Shown: piece after piece, positions 1-9,794 of the stretch
Numbering within the stretch: the stretch's first letter is position 1
How the letters are laid out: every line of letters begins with the position of its first letter
Assembly: GCA_902591415.1 (NCBI GenBank)
Contig: CACJAU010000003.1
Coordinates: 11,537-75,536, forward strand
Reading direction: 5' to 3'
DNA: 64,000 bases
Source of the DNA: an uncultured Pelagibacteraceae bacterium
GTDB lineage: Bacteria > Pseudomonadota > Alphaproteobacteria > Pelagibacterales > Pelagibacteraceae
Notes under the pieces: generated by a model
What the model was told of the DNA's origin: nothing
Seen by the model: the letters and a program-made list of their open reading frames with translations, nothing else
Databases searched by the model: none
Made by a program: the position numbers and the translations under genes

Positions 1-1114
1 GTCGTTCACATAATTGATTTATTTTAACTTTTTTACCTTTTTTTGCAGAACTATGTATTGCATCAATTATATTCAACACATGTAAAGATAAATTTCCGTT
101 ACATTTATGTAATTTTTTCTTTTGAATTGAACTTATCATTTCAGACAAACCCACGCCTCTATAATTTGCATTAGTAGGTGACTCGTTGGCTCTAGAACTT
201 TGTGAACGAATATTGATTTTTCCAAGAGTCATTTTATTTGTCTTAAAATTTTTCCAAGAACTTCCCAATTTTTGACTAATTAAGACTGATCCACCAAACA
301 TATTCGGATCAGGGACAATCATTGATCCCTCATTACCATATAATTCAATATGATTTCTTAAATGTGAAATTACATCAAAAGAGAGTGTCAGTCTGATTAT
401 AGTTCCATTTAAAAATTTAATTGTTGAAAAATAAGTTGTTGGACATTCTACTTTAAATTTTTTACCTTTCTTAGGGCCAATCCCAATAACTCTCTTTGAT
501 TTACCTTTTTCAGATTGACTAAAAACTTCTTTTGCAGGGCCCAATAAATTTACTAAAGCAGTTAAATAATACGGCCCCATATCTATTACAGGACCACCAC
601 CTTTTTTTGCAAACCATGGTTCTGGATTTGGATGATAAGATTGGACACCTGGATATGCGAAGATAGCATTCCCAAATTTAACCTTACCAATAATTTTTTT
701 ATCTAAAAGTTCTCTTGATTTTTGAATACCACCTCCCAAAAATGTATCTGGTGCATTTCCAACATACAATTTCTTTTTTCTTGCTAATTTAATTAATTTT
801 ATTCCGTCAGATAGATTTATAGCTAGAGGTTTTTCCGAGTAAACATGTTTACCATGTGTAAGAGCAAGTTTTGCGACAGAGTAATGAGCTGCTGGAATTG
901 TTAAATTTAAAATTACTTTTATATTTTTATCATTTAATAATTCTTTGATTGAAACAGCTTTTATCTTATTGGCTTTAGCACATTTAATTGCAGCTTTGTT
1001 GTTGATATCAGCACATTTTGTTATTTTAAAATTATTAAAATACTTATGAGCTCTAAAGTATGTCTCGGCTATATGACCACAGCCTATCAGGCCTACATTA
1101 AAAATTTTCTTCAT
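1..1114 (-). CDS. Gfo/Idh/MocA family NAD(P)-dependent oxidoreductase (3'-partial, runs off the window)
   Basis: Not in ORF track. Hand translation from ATG at 1114: MKKIFNVGLIGCGHIAETY... with HVYSEKPLA, GNAPDTFLGGG and GGGPVIDMGPYYL motifs; immediately downstream of iolD. Confidence 0.9.
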   Translation of the reverse strand, partial: MKKIFNVGLIGCGHIAETYFRAHKYFNNFKITKCADINNKAAIKCAKANKIKAVSIKELLNDKNIKVILNLTIPAAHYSVAKLALTHGKHVYSEKPLAINLSDGIKLIKLARKKKLYVGNAPDTFLGGGIQKSRELLDKKIIGKVKFGNAIFAYPGVQSYHPNPEPWFAKKGGGPVIDMGPYYLTALVNLLGPAKEVFSQSEKGKSKRVIGIGPKKGKKFKVECPTTYFSTIKFLNGTIIRLTLSFDVISHLRNHIELYGNEGSMIVPDPNMFGGSVLISQKLGSSWKNFKTNKMTLGKINIRSQSSRANESPTNANYRGVGLSEMISSIQKKKLHKCNGNLSLHVLNIIDAIHSSAKKGKKVKINQLCER

Positions 1115-1119
1115 TAATT

Positions 1120-2964
1120 TTAAACACCTTTTCTTTGTTTTTTCTTACCTTCGAGATGTTCTTTAAGAGATTTTTTATTTTCTTCTGTTGTAGGAATACC
1201 AAGAGTAGGGCTTTCCCAGTAAGCTGACCCTTCTAACCATTGATAACCATCTGTATGAATTGAAATTACGTATGTTTTTTTTGATTTTTTTGCTCTTTTA
1301 AATGCCGCTTCTAATTCCGCAATTGAATTTACATGTTCACCGTCTGCTCCCATACTCTTAGCATGGCCTGCGAAATCTACAGGTATCAAATTAGGAGCGT
1401 TTGAACTCTTAAGTAAACAATTAAATTCTTTACCACCTTTATATAATTGTAATCTATTAATTACAGCGTGACCTCCATTATCACAAACTATAAGTATTAA
1501 CTTATTATTTGTTATTACAGAACTATATATGTCAGAATTATAAAGAAGATACGACCCATCTCCCACAAATGATACTACTTCTTTCTCTGGATTTGCCATC
1601 TTAATACCAAGTGCCCCGGAAATTTCATAACTCATACAACTAAAACCCCATTCTGACTCATGAGTATTAAGTTCTCTAGGTTTCCAGACTTGTATAACTT
1701 CACCCACTAATCCTCCAGCTGCAGTAACTGCAATATCAGAGGGATCCGAATTTCTATAGCATGCTCCAATAACTTGAGCGTAACTAGGAAGTTTTTGATT
1801 AGTCGGTCCACTTTCTTTTTCAACATAAGCTTCCCAATTTTTAAGTTCTATTCTTGATTTCTTATACCAGCTATCATCTGCTTTCCAATTTCCTAATACT
1901 TGTGATAGTTCAATCAACGATACTTTAGCATCTCCAACTACAGCTTGCCCCATGTGTTTATTTGCATCGAATCGCGCGGCATTTATAGAAACTAATTTAA
2001 AATTAGGATTTTCAAAATTAGCCCAGGATCCAGTTGTAAAATCTGCAAGTTTAGTTCCAATAGCAATCGCAGTATCAGTTTCTTTACTTAAGTTGTTTGC
2101 AGCTCGTCCACCTAAACCACCAATAGTTCCTAAATAATGAGTATGATCTTTTTTTATAGATGAATAACCCATTACGGTTTGCGTTACAGGAATATTATGT
2201 TTTTTTGCAAAATCACTTAATTCATCTGTTGCATCTGAGTAAAAAACTCCACCCCCAGCAATAATAATTGGTTTTTTAGATTTTTTAATAAGTTCAGCTG
2301 CCTCTTTGATTTGAAAATCGTCTGGTCTAGGTCTTCGTATCGTATGAACTCTTTCTTTAAAGAATTCTTCTGGATAATCATAAACTTCACCTTGGACATC
2401 TTGACTTAAAGAAATACATGCTGGACCACAATCTGCTGGATCTAACATAATTTGAATTGCTTGTTGTAAACTTGAAATAATTTGTTCAGGTCTAGTAATT
2501 CTATCAAAATATCTCACAACAGGTTTAAACCCATCATTCTGAGTTATTCCTGGGTTATTAAAGTGTTCGACTTGTTGCAATACTGGATCTGGCATTCTAT
2601 TTGCAAATGTATCTCCAGGCAAAAAAAGTATTGGAAGTCTGTTACTCATTGCTACAGCAGCTGCTGTAATCATATTTGTTGATCCTGGTCCGACTGAAGA
2701 AGTTGCAACAAAAATTTGTTTTCGTCTTTTAGCTCTTGAGTAAGCAATTCCTGTTAGAGCCATATTCTGCTCGTGATGTCCTCGCCAAGTAGGGAGCTCT
2801 TTTTGGTTTTCCTGCAGTGCCTGACCTAAACAAGCAACATTACCATGACCGAAAATTCCAAACACACCTGGAAATAAAGGTGTTTTTTTTCCGTCTATAA
2901 GAGTTTTTTGAGCTATAAGGAATTTAACTAAAGCGTGAGCACAAGTAAGTTGAATGTTTTTCAT
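1120..2964 (-). CDS. iolD: 3D-(3,5/4)-trihydroxycyclohexane-1,2-dione acylhydrolase (ThDP-dependent)
   Basis: GIFGHGNV, SSVGPGSTN, LPGDTFA, PDPVLQQ, FSCMSYE and GDGSY...N ThDP motif typical of IolD. Confidence 0.9.
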   Translation of the reverse strand: MKNIQLTCAHALVKFLIAQKTLIDGKKTPLFPGVFGIFGHGNVACLGQALQENQKELPTWRGHHEQNMALTGIAYSRAKRRKQIFVATSSVGPGSTNMITAAAVAMSNRLPILFLPGDTFANRMPDPVLQQVEHFNNPGITQNDGFKPVVRYFDRITRPEQIISSLQQAIQIMLDPADCGPACISLSQDVQGEVYDYPEEFFKERVHTIRRPRPDDFQIKEAAELIKKSKKPIIIAGGGVFYSDATDELSDFAKKHNIPVTQTVMGYSSIKKDHTHYLGTIGGLGGRAANNLSKETDTAIAIGTKLADFTTGSWANFENPNFKLVSINAARFDANKHMGQAVVGDAKVSLIELSQVLGNWKADDSWYKKSRIELKNWEAYVEKESGPTNQKLPSYAQVIGACYRNSDPSDIAVTAAGGLVGEVIQVWKPRELNTHESEWGFSCMSYEISGALGIKMANPEKEVVSFVGDGSYLLYNSDIYSSVITNNKLILIVCDNGGHAVINRLQLYKGGKEFNCLLKSSNAPNLIPVDFAGHAKSMGADGEHVNSIAELEAAFKRAKKSKKTYVISIHTDGYQWLEGSAYWESPTLGIPTTEENKKSLKEHLEGKKKQRKGV

Positions 2965-3013
2965 AAATTCAATATAAACTATTTAATTAATATTCTTTAT
3001 TCAACAATAATTT

Positions 3014-4459
3014 ATGTACGATAAATACGGACAGTTCATTGATGGTAAGTGGCAAAAATCTGCCAGCGGTGATACTTACGAAGTCATTAATCCCGCTACT
3101 GAAGAAGTAATAGGAAAGGCCTCAAAAGCAAATAGTTCAGACGTGCAAAAAGCTCTTAAATCAGCTGAAAAAGGATTACAAATTTGGAAAAATACTTCCC
3201 CTTGGGAGAGATCTAAAATTATAAGAAAGATATCAGATTTAATAAGAAAAAGAGTTGATATTCTATCAAAATGGTTAACGCTTGAGGTAGGAAAACCAAT
3301 AACGGAAGGGCCTGGAGAGATTGGTGGTGCAGCCGATATCTTTGAATGGAATTCTGAGGAAACTAAAAGAATTTTTGGAGAAATTAATCAAAGTCGATTT
3401 CCAAATACAAAAATTCACGTTATGTATCAACCAGTTGGAGTTGTGGCTGCGTTAGTCCCATGGAATTTTCCAGTTATTCTTGCTTCAAGAAAAATTTCAA
3501 CTGCTTTAGCAGCTGGTTGTTCAGTTATTGTTAAACCAGATGTGATAACGCCAGGAAGTGTTATGGAAATCGTTGATATTTGTAGAGAGGCAGGTGTGCC
3601 TCCAGGAGTCGTGAATTTATTATCTGGAGATCCAGCTGGAATTTCCGAAGAATTAATTAAGTCAGATATAGTAAAAAAAATTTCTATAACAGGATCAACA
3701 AGAGTTGGTAAATTGATTCTTAAGCAAGCTGCAGATAAAGTTCAAAGAGTAACAATGGAGCTAAGTGGTCACTCACCATTTATAGTTTTTGATGACGTTG
3801 ATTTAAATAAAGTTACTGATATGGCAATAACTTCAAAATTTAGAAATAATGGTCAGGTATGCATTTCACCAAATAGATTCTATATACACGAAAAGAAAAA
3901 AGAAGAATTTGCAAATTTAATGGTCGAAAAAACAAAAAAACTAAAAATTGGGAACGGTATGGATAAAGATACATTACTTGGTCCTTTATGTACAAAACAA
4001 CGATTAGAAGGTGTTGAAAAATTAGTAGAAACTACAAAAAAAGAAGGAGGCAAAGTTTTACTAGGAGGAAAAAGAGCTGCAAATTTTAATAAAGGTTATT
4101 TTTATGAACCAACAATATTTGATGATATCAAGGACAATTTTACAGTTATGAAAGAGGAACCATTTGGTCCAATTGTTCCTATTTTAACTTTTAAAGATTT
4201 TGATGAAGTAATGGACAGAGCAAATAATAATGATCTGGGGTTATGCAGTTATGTTTACACAACAGATTTAAAAAAAGCTAATAAAGCATCTGAGATACTA
4301 GAGTCTGGTTGCGTGGCAGTAAATACTCCTGTTGTTGCGGTAGCAGAAGCACCATTTGGTGGCATTAAACAAACAGGTTACGGCAGAGAGGGAGGTTCAA
4401 TGGCAATTAAAGATTATTTGAATATAAAATACACTCATTTCGGAATCTCGTATGAATGA
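3014..4459 (+). CDS. NAD-dependent aldehyde dehydrogenase, SSADH/GabD-like family
   Basis: PWNFP, ITGST, MELSGHSP, catalytic Cys in NNGQVCIS, EEPFGP, PFGGIKQTGYGREG. Confidence 0.9.
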   Translation: MYDKYGQFIDGKWQKSASGDTYEVINPATEEVIGKASKANSSDVQKALKSAEKGLQIWKNTSPWERSKIIRKISDLIRKRVDILSKWLTLEVGKPITEGPGEIGGAADIFEWNSEETKRIFGEINQSRFPNTKIHVMYQPVGVVAALVPWNFPVILASRKISTALAAGCSVIVKPDVITPGSVMEIVDICREAGVPPGVVNLLSGDPAGISEELIKSDIVKKISITGSTRVGKLILKQAADKVQRVTMELSGHSPFIVFDDVDLNKVTDMAITSKFRNNGQVCISPNRFYIHEKKKEEFANLMVEKTKKLKIGNGMDKDTLLGPLCTKQRLEGVEKLVETTKKEGGKVLLGGKRAANFNKGYFYEPTIFDDIKDNFTVMKEEPFGPIVPILTFKDFDEVMDRANNNDLGLCSYVYTTDLKKANKASEILESGCVAVNTPVVAVAEAPFGGIKQTGYGREGGSMAIKDYLNIKYTHFGISYE

Positions 4460-5247
4460 AAAAAAATAAACTTAAAGAACTTTTTAAAGCTGGCAAACCA
4501 ATTATTAATAGCTGGTTAGCAGTTCCAAGCTCATTTTCGGCTGAGGTAATGGCTAATCAAGGATGGGATTCTTTAACAATTGATATGCAACATGGTCTCA
4601 TTGATTACCCTAATGCAGCAGGTATGCTTCAAGCTATTTCAACTACAGACACGGTGCCAATGGCTCGAGTTAACTGGAATGAGCCAGGGCAAATAATGAA
4701 AATTTTAGATGCAGGATGTTATGGAATAATTTGTCCAATGGTAAGCAACAGAGCAGAAGCAGAAAAGTTTATTCAAGCATGCCAATATCCTCCTAATGGT
4801 TATAGAAGTTTTGGTCCGATTAGAGCTTCAATTTATGGTGGTAGTGATTATTGGAAACACGCTGACACAGAGATACTAAAATTGGCAATGATAGAAACAA
4901 AAGAGGCTTTAGAAAAATTAGAGGAAATCATAGATACTCCAAATTTAGATGGTGTTTATATAGGCCCGGCTGATTTAAGTTTAGCAGTAGGGGAAGAACC
5001 AGGTTTTGATAAACCCGATAACACCAAAGCTTACAATGAAATCTTAAGAATACTTGAAGCAGCCAAAAAAAGAAATTTACTAGCTGGACTTCATAATGGA
5101 ACAGCTGAGTATGCGCAAAAAATGATAGAGAAAGGCTTCAATTTAGTTACAGTTGGCTCTGATAGCAGATATATAGCATCAGGTTCAAAAAAAGATTTAG
5201 AAAAATTAAAGAAAATAAAGAAAGAAAATATTTCTAAAAGTTATTAA
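4456..5247 (+). CDS. HpcH/HpaI class II pyruvate aldolase family protein
   Basis: IDMQHG, ARV, LDAG...ICPMV, YPPNGYRS, AMIET, YIGPADLS motifs. Confidence 0.9.
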   Translation: MKKNKLKELFKAGKPIINSWLAVPSSFSAEVMANQGWDSLTIDMQHGLIDYPNAAGMLQAISTTDTVPMARVNWNEPGQIMKILDAGCYGIICPMVSNRAEAEKFIQACQYPPNGYRSFGPIRASIYGGSDYWKHADTEILKLAMIETKEALEKLEEIIDTPNLDGVYIGPADLSLAVGEEPGFDKPDNTKAYNEILRILEAAKKRNLLAGLHNGTAEYAQKMIEKGFNLVTVGSDSRYIASGSKKDLEKLKKIKKENISKSY

Positions 5248-5248
5248 A

Positions 5249-5512
5249 ATGTTTTTTTATGTTTATATGCTCAAATCCAAGGGCATAAAACCAGTTACTT
5301 ACGTAGGTTACACAAATAATCTAAAAAAAAGAATCAATCTTCATAATTCCGGCAAAGGTGCTAAATTTACTAGAGGTAGAAAATGGAAGCTTATATACAA
5401 AGAGAAATATAAATCAAAAAAAGAGGCAATTTCTAGAGAATATTATATAAAGAACAATAGACATTTAAGAAATAAAATCAAAAATGAAAATTTCAATATT
5501 GCTTCCATATAA
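5249..5512 (+). CDS. GIY-YIG nuclease family protein (YhbQ/UPF0213-like)
   Basis: YVYML...YVGYTNNL..R...HN.GKGAKFT, A..RE..IK. Confidence 0.85.
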   Translation: MFFYVYMLKSKGIKPVTYVGYTNNLKKRINLHNSGKGAKFTRGRKWKLIYKEKYKSKKEAISREYYIKNNRHLRNKIKNENFNIASI

Positions 5513-7619
5513 AGAAAATTTTTCACCTGATTACCCTGGTGCAGTGTCCTTGTTTGTTTATGAAACATCAAAAATAAGTAAATATAAAAAATCTATAACA
5601 GTTTTTGGAAATACAAATTATAAAAAAAAATTTAAATTAAATTATGTAAATATTTATTTAAGTAAAAATTTATTCACTAGTCAAACAAGAAACTATGTAA
5701 ATAAATTCATCGATTTAGAAAAAAAAGTTAATTCAACGATAGTAGAAGTACATAATAGACCTAGTTATATTCATATACTAAACTCAAAGGTTAAAAATAA
5801 AATCTTTACTCTTTATTTTCATAATGATCCACTATCTATGGATGGATCAAAAACAATTGAACAAAGAAAAAAATTACTCAAGACTTGTTATAAAATTATT
5901 TTTAATAGTTCGTGGTCAAAAAAAAGATTTTTAGATGGTTTAGAAAATAAATTTGTAAATAGTAATAAACTTTTAATTTTTTACCAGTCAGCAAATAAAG
6001 GAAATATTAATTTAATAAATCAAAAAAAAAAATGGATTACCTTTGTTGGAAAATTAAATAAAGCAAAAGGTTACGATATATTTGCTAAATCAATCATCAA
6101 AGTTTTAGACAAAAATTCAGATTGGAAAGCAATTGTTATAGGTGATGAAAAAAGAGAAAAAATTAATTTAGTACATAAAAGAGCCTCAATACTTGGATTT
6201 AAAAAACACCCCGAAGTCATAAATATTTTTAAAAAAACAAGTATTACTGTAGCATGTTCTCGTTGGGAAGAACCATTTGGACGAACGAGTTTAGAGGCAT
6301 CTGCTAATGGTTGCGCTGTTATAATAACTAATAAAGGCGGTTTACCTGAAACAGTAACTGATGCAAAAATTATATCTAATTTAAACGTAAAAAATTTAAC
6401 TAAATGTTTAAATAAATTAATTAAAGATAAAAATTTAAGAAAAAAATTACAAACTTTATCAATAAAAAACTTTTATCTCACACATAAATTTGTATCTCAA
6501 AATATAGATTCTTATAGAACAGAAAAATTTTATTATAAGAAAAAAATATTTTTAAAGGCAAAAAATAAAAGCTTAAGAATTTTGCATGTAACAAATTTTA
6601 ATGAAAGACTAGATGGTAGACTTTTTTTTAATACTGGAAGAAGACTAAATAACGGATTTATTAGATTAGGTCATAGTGTTTTAGGATTTAGTGATAGAGA
6701 CATTCAAAAATATTACAAATCTTTCAAAGATATAAAAGGTTCAAATACTCTTAACGAAAAGTTACGAAAAACTTGCTATAATTATAAACCTGATTTGATT
6801 GTTACAGGACATGCTGATCTAATTTCAAAAGAACAAATTGATGAATTAAAAGATGATAATCCTAATACAAAATTTGCTCAGTGGTTTTTAGATCCTCTAA
6901 ATAAAAAAGGACCTGATTACGAGAGGAATAAATCTAGAATTCTTGATAAGATAGATTCTATGGATGGAACATTTGTTACAACCTGTCCCTCAGCACTAAA
7001 TTTTTTGCCAAAAAATAATAAGAATTTTTATATTCCTAATCCATCAGATGAATCTTTTGAAACTCTTAATAATTTTATGAAACCTTGTAACGTTGATGTT
7101 TTTTTTGCATTAAGTCATGGAGTACATCGTGGAAAACTTAAAATGGGTAAAACAGACGATAGAGTAAATTTTTTAAACAATCTTCAAAGAATTACGCCTG
7201 ATATAAAGTTTGATATTTATGGAACAAATAAGGTTCAACCGATTTGGGCAGATCATTACTTTAAAACTATATCTAATGCAAAAATGGGGCTTAACTTAAG
7301 CCGAGGAGAAACAATAAAATATTATAGCAGTGATCGTATAACTCAAATCGTAGGTAATGGTTTGGTGTGTTTAATAGACGAAAAAACAAAATATACAGAT
7401 TTTTTTGAAAAAAATGAGATGGTCTTTTACAAAAATGAAAAGGACTTATCTGAGAAAATTCTCAAAATTGCTAGAGATGAAAAACTTAGAAGAATGATTG
7501 GAAAAAAAGGTAAAATAAAATATATGAAATATTTTAATTCAAATTTAGTTGCCAGATTTATAATTAATAAGACATTAGACTTGCCTGATAAAAACAAATA
7601 TTTATGGTCAAAAGATTAA
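5484..7619 (+). CDS. Two-domain glycosyltransferase (GT4-like N-terminal half fused to a second GT-B/CgeB-like half)
   Basis: FVGKL..AKG and WEEPFGRTSLEA in the N-half; KMGLNLSR..YSSDRI..G in the C-half; 711 aa. Confidence 0.8.
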   Translation: MKISILLPYKENFSPDYPGAVSLFVYETSKISKYKKSITVFGNTNYKKKFKLNYVNIYLSKNLFTSQTRNYVNKFIDLEKKVNSTIVEVHNRPSYIHILNSKVKNKIFTLYFHNDPLSMDGSKTIEQRKKLLKTCYKIIFNSSWSKKRFLDGLENKFVNSNKLLIFYQSANKGNINLINQKKKWITFVGKLNKAKGYDIFAKSIIKVLDKNSDWKAIVIGDEKREKINLVHKRASILGFKKHPEVINIFKKTSITVACSRWEEPFGRTSLEASANGCAVIITNKGGLPETVTDAKIISNLNVKNLTKCLNKLIKDKNLRKKLQTLSIKNFYLTHKFVSQNIDSYRTEKFYYKKKIFLKAKNKSLRILHVTNFNERLDGRLFFNTGRRLNNGFIRLGHSVLGFSDRDIQKYYKSFKDIKGSNTLNEKLRKTCYNYKPDLIVTGHADLISKEQIDELKDDNPNTKFAQWFLDPLNKKGPDYERNKSRILDKIDSMDGTFVTTCPSALNFLPKNNKNFYIPNPSDESFETLNNFMKPCNVDVFFALSHGVHRGKLKMGKTDDRVNFLNNLQRITPDIKFDIYGTNKVQPIWADHYFKTISNAKMGLNLSRGETIKYYSSDRITQIVGNGLVCLIDEKTKYTDFFEKNEMVFYKNEKDLSEKILKIARDEKLRRMIGKKGKIKYMKYFNSNLVARFIINKTLDLPDKNKYLWSKD

Positions 7620-7655
7620 CATTAATAAACTTTAAACTATTATATTTAATATTTA

Positions 7656-8531
7656 GTGAACAATTATTTAATATTTCGAACCGATAGAATAGGGGACTTT
7701 TTAGTTTCTGCAATTCTTATAAAATCTATTAAAATAAATGATCCGCTGTCCCGTATTACTTTGATAGCCTCTAACAAAAACTTTTCTTACATTAAAAAAT
7801 TCCAATCTGTAGATGAAGTAATAAAGCTAGATAACAATTTTTTAAGTAAAGTCAAACTTATTTTAAAATTGAGAAAAGGATATTTTAAAAATGTAATAAT
7901 TCACGATGATAAAAAAAGATCTAAATTTATTTCTCAATTTTTAAAATACAAGACAAAAATAATTATAGAAAATCAAAATAAGTTTTCACATATAGAGGTT
8001 ATTAAAAATATTCTCAAAAGAATTAATTTTACTTTTCATAATGACTCATTAAATATCTTAAAAGACAAGATTACATCAAATCCAAATCAGATTATTCAAA
8101 TTCATTTTGATGAAAAGTGGATTTACAAAGATTATATAAAAAGTTTTATTAATATTGAACCAACTAGTGATAAACTTATTAAATTCTTGTTAGACCTACA
8201 AAATAAAACAAAAAAAAAATTGATAGTTACTTCAGGCCATAAAATTCCTGATATACTAAGAAAAATTAGTTCACAAATTAACAAAGCAAATATAAAGATT
8301 TATGACAACTTAGATTTTTCAGAATTAGAGGGTATTACATCAAAGTCTGAAATTTTGATTTCTTGTCATGGTGCAATATCGCATGTAGCTGCAGCCTTCA
8401 ATATTAAGCAGATAGATATAATAGATAAATCATATAATTACAATCGATGGACAGAACATTTCAGAAATTACAATTATCTTTACAGGGAAAAATTCGATAT
8501 TTTAGCAAATAAGATATTAGAAAAATTATGA
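7656..8531 (+). CDS. GT9 (LPS heptosyltransferase-like) glycosyltransferase
   Basis: N-terminal RTDRIGD; C-terminal ISCHGAISHVAAA resembling the GT9 DSG..H.AAA motif; GTG start. Confidence 0.75.
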   Translation: MNNYLIFRTDRIGDFLVSAILIKSIKINDPLSRITLIASNKNFSYIKKFQSVDEVIKLDNNFLSKVKLILKLRKGYFKNVIIHDDKKRSKFISQFLKYKTKIIIENQNKFSHIEVIKNILKRINFTFHNDSLNILKDKITSNPNQIIQIHFDEKWIYKDYIKSFINIEPTSDKLIKFLLDLQNKTKKKLIVTSGHKIPDILRKISSQINKANIKIYDNLDFSELEGITSKSEILISCHGAISHVAAAFNIKQIDIIDKSYNYNRWTEHFRNYNYLYREKFDILANKILEKL

Positions 8532-9091
8532 AATTTTTAAATAAGTTTAAAAATAGCAAAAATATACGTTTCGATTCTTTTGAAGAAACTTTCAAATATT
8601 GCCTTAAAAGGAATCTTAAAACTATTGTAGAGACAGGCACAGCCAGAGGTAAAACAAAATTTTTTTTCATTAAAAGGTTTAATTGGAAAGATGGTATGAG
8701 TACACCTATGTTTGCTGAATACGCCTCTTCATACGGTGGTATCCTGCATACTTGCGATATTTCTGCGAAAAACATAGCAAATGCTAGAAAATTTACAAAA
8801 AAACTATCTAAGTTTATTAAATTTTACATTCAAGACAGTTTAATTTTTTTAGAACAATTTAAAGAACCAATAGACCTTCTTTATTTAGACTCCTTAGATG
8901 GACATAATCCTATAGAGGCATCAAATCATCAATTAAAAGAAGCCAAAATTGCAATTAAAAAATTACATAATAAGTCTTTGATTTTATTAGACGATAAAGG
9001 GTCTAAGACAAACTTATCTTTAAGTTTTTTTTTAGATAATAATTTTAAAATTATTTACGAAACAAACTATCAAGTACTTTTATCAAAATAA
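8528..9091 (+). CDS. Class I SAM-dependent methyltransferase
   Basis: IVETGT, CDIS, QDS, DLLYLDS, ILLDD motifs. Confidence 0.7.
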   Translation: MKFLNKFKNSKNIRFDSFEETFKYCLKRNLKTIVETGTARGKTKFFFIKRFNWKDGMSTPMFAEYASSYGGILHTCDISAKNIANARKFTKKLSKFIKFYIQDSLIFLEQFKEPIDLLYLDSLDGHNPIEASNHQLKEAKIAIKKLHNKSLILLDDKGSKTNLSLSFFLDNNFKIIYETNYQVLLSK

Positions 9092-9092
9092 T

Positions 9093-9794
9093 TTAAAAAA
9101 AAGCACCTTTTTTAGCAAAAACCAAATCCGCATTTACCCAATTTATTAATTTATAATTATTTTTAATTAATAATTTATATAAATTTGTTTCTATCACTTT
9201 TTCCAATGATAAATTGTAAGTTTCTAAATTTTTAATTTTTGTATCGGTAATTTCTGTTACTACAAGGTCAATATCATACTTGTTAAAATTAAAATTACTT
9301 AAAGCATCAAACTCATAATTTTCTATATCTATTGATAATAAATCAATTTTCGAATTTTTATATTTTGAGTTATTAATTATAGTGTTTAATGATTTTCCTT
9401 TTATCTTAATTATTTCTTTATATTTATTTTTTCTACTTTCAGCTAAATCTTTGCTTAAGGTATTAATATTTGATCTATCATGATAAAAATAAAGATCTTT
9501 TTCTTCATTATCATGTGAAGTTATTAAAGAATGAATATTAGTATCTCTTTTTCTTAACTTATTAAATTGCATGATTGACTTTTTATCCAAATCAATATTT
9601 ATTCCACTCCAACCTTTTTTATATAAAAGGTAAGTATTATTATATTTAATAGGATGATTGCACCCTGCATCAATATAAACGCCCACTTTTTTTTTTGAAA
9701 AGATTCTTTCTATAATCAAATCTACATTGCTAATTGAATAAGACTTTTTTGTATATTTTTCGTAATACAGCTTTTTAAAAAAATTGAAAACCAT
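9093..9794 (-). CDS. FkbM family methyltransferase
   Basis: YIDAGCNHP...NNT, GWSGINID, IDLLSIDIE..E. Confidence 0.85.
   Translation of the reverse strand: MVFNFFKKLYYEKYTKKSYSISNVDLIIERIFSKKKVGVYIDAGCNHPIKYNNTYLLYKKGWSGINIDLDKKSIMQFNKLRKRDTNIHSLITSHDNEEKDLYFYHDRSNINTLSKDLAESRKNKYKEIIKIKGKSLNTIINNSKYKNSKIDLLSIDIENYEFDALSNFNFNKYDIDLVVTEITDTKIKNLETYNLSLEKVIETNLYKLLIKNNYKLINWVNADLVFAKKGAFF

Noticed and set aside
5249-5512. GIY-YIG protein as a homing endonuclease or mobile element
   Set aside because: 87-aa stand-alone YhbQ-like form with no DNA-binding extension and no intron or intein context
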